A program made the translations under genes and the position numbers. From Hamiltosporidium tvaerminnensis FI-OER-3-3 (taxonomy: Eukaryota > Fungi > Microsporidia): a stretch of 64,000 nt of DNA. The stretch spans positions 682,001 to 746,000 of the forward strand of contig JAKIMF020000001.1 in the NCBI GenBank assembly GCA_022605425.2, read 5' to 3'. Under the pieces are notes generated by a model, which saw only the letters and a program-made list of their open reading frames with translations, was not told where the DNA came from and did not search any database. This document shows positions 63,536-64,000 of the stretch, piece after piece. Every line of letters begins with the position of its first letter. Position 1 is the first letter of the stretch.

Positions 63536-64000
63536 GGAAATGGTAGAAGGAAAAAAGTAGACAGCGAAAATATAAAAAATGAAAAAATAAAGGCTGTAAA
63601 CAACTTGGAGAACAGCGCAGGTGAGATTTTGATGTGTGATGTAGATGTAGCAATGTTATCCGAGAGACTTCCACCTCCACCGACCTTCCATGACACCACC
63701 CACCTAACCACCAAGCAGTAGTTTCCAGACTAGTTTATTCTGCTTGGTTGATACCATACCCTCGTCTTCTGGTACCGATGCCACTGCGTTTGGACCAGCC
63801 AACGGCATGACAAACCTCAATCCAGATGCCATTCTAGAAGGGAATCGACTGATTGTATTGCACTCAATACTTGACTCTGTCACAGTCGTAGAGCAGGAAT
63901 GGCCTAGATATGCTATTCTAGCAGTGCAAAAGAGGTTTGAGAGAATGCCCAGAAATGGCTGGCCCGCTACTCTTAGGTACTATAATGAAGAATTTAGCTG
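63536..64000 (+). mobile_element. 5' end of a second, diverged and disrupted copy of the RLE retrotransposon (runs off the window)
   Basis: GRRKKVDSENIKNE..., GPAN..NL..EGNRLIVLHSILDSVT.VEQEWPR and KRFERMPRNGW match the N-terminus of the 8008..9666 ORF. The frame is broken near 63710-63740. Confidence 0.9.

Noticed and set aside
1-64000. Remaining 60-130 aa F/I/L/K-rich ORFs, and tRNA or rRNA genes
   Set aside because: The ORFs are compositional noise or antisense to real genes. I saw no cloverleaf or rRNA signature.

Overview
AT-rich, gene-sparse eukaryotic DNA, most likely from a microsporidian with an expanded genome. This rests on short, apparently intronless genes, CC/CCC motifs just upstream of the ATG, and the families of elements present. 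I find eight host genes: ethanolamine-phosphate cytidylyltransferase, a bHLH factor, a GYF-domain protein, an RNF10/Mag2-like RING protein, a stand-alone nucleoplasmin-like domain protein, eIF4E, a kinesin and a probable type I membrane protein. Three of them are split by single-base insertions that are probably sequence errors. Much of the rest is mobile DNA. It includes a near-complete RT plus restriction-like endonuclease (RLE, R4/Dong-type) non-LTR retrotransposon with a ~19 bp target-site duplication (TSD) and almost no UTRs, a second copy at the right edge, and several older relics. There is also a decayed RTE LINE with a twister-ribozyme-like 5' motif, a decayed Helitron and an RTE-type short element. 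The most unusual signal is a dispersed non-coding repeat system: four ~715 nt copies with extensive, partly covarying, pseudoknotted base pairing, and three ~220-230 nt copies that share the same ~90 nt 5' head. Several copies have TSD-like flanks. All alignments and folds were done by eye, and relic boundaries are approximate.
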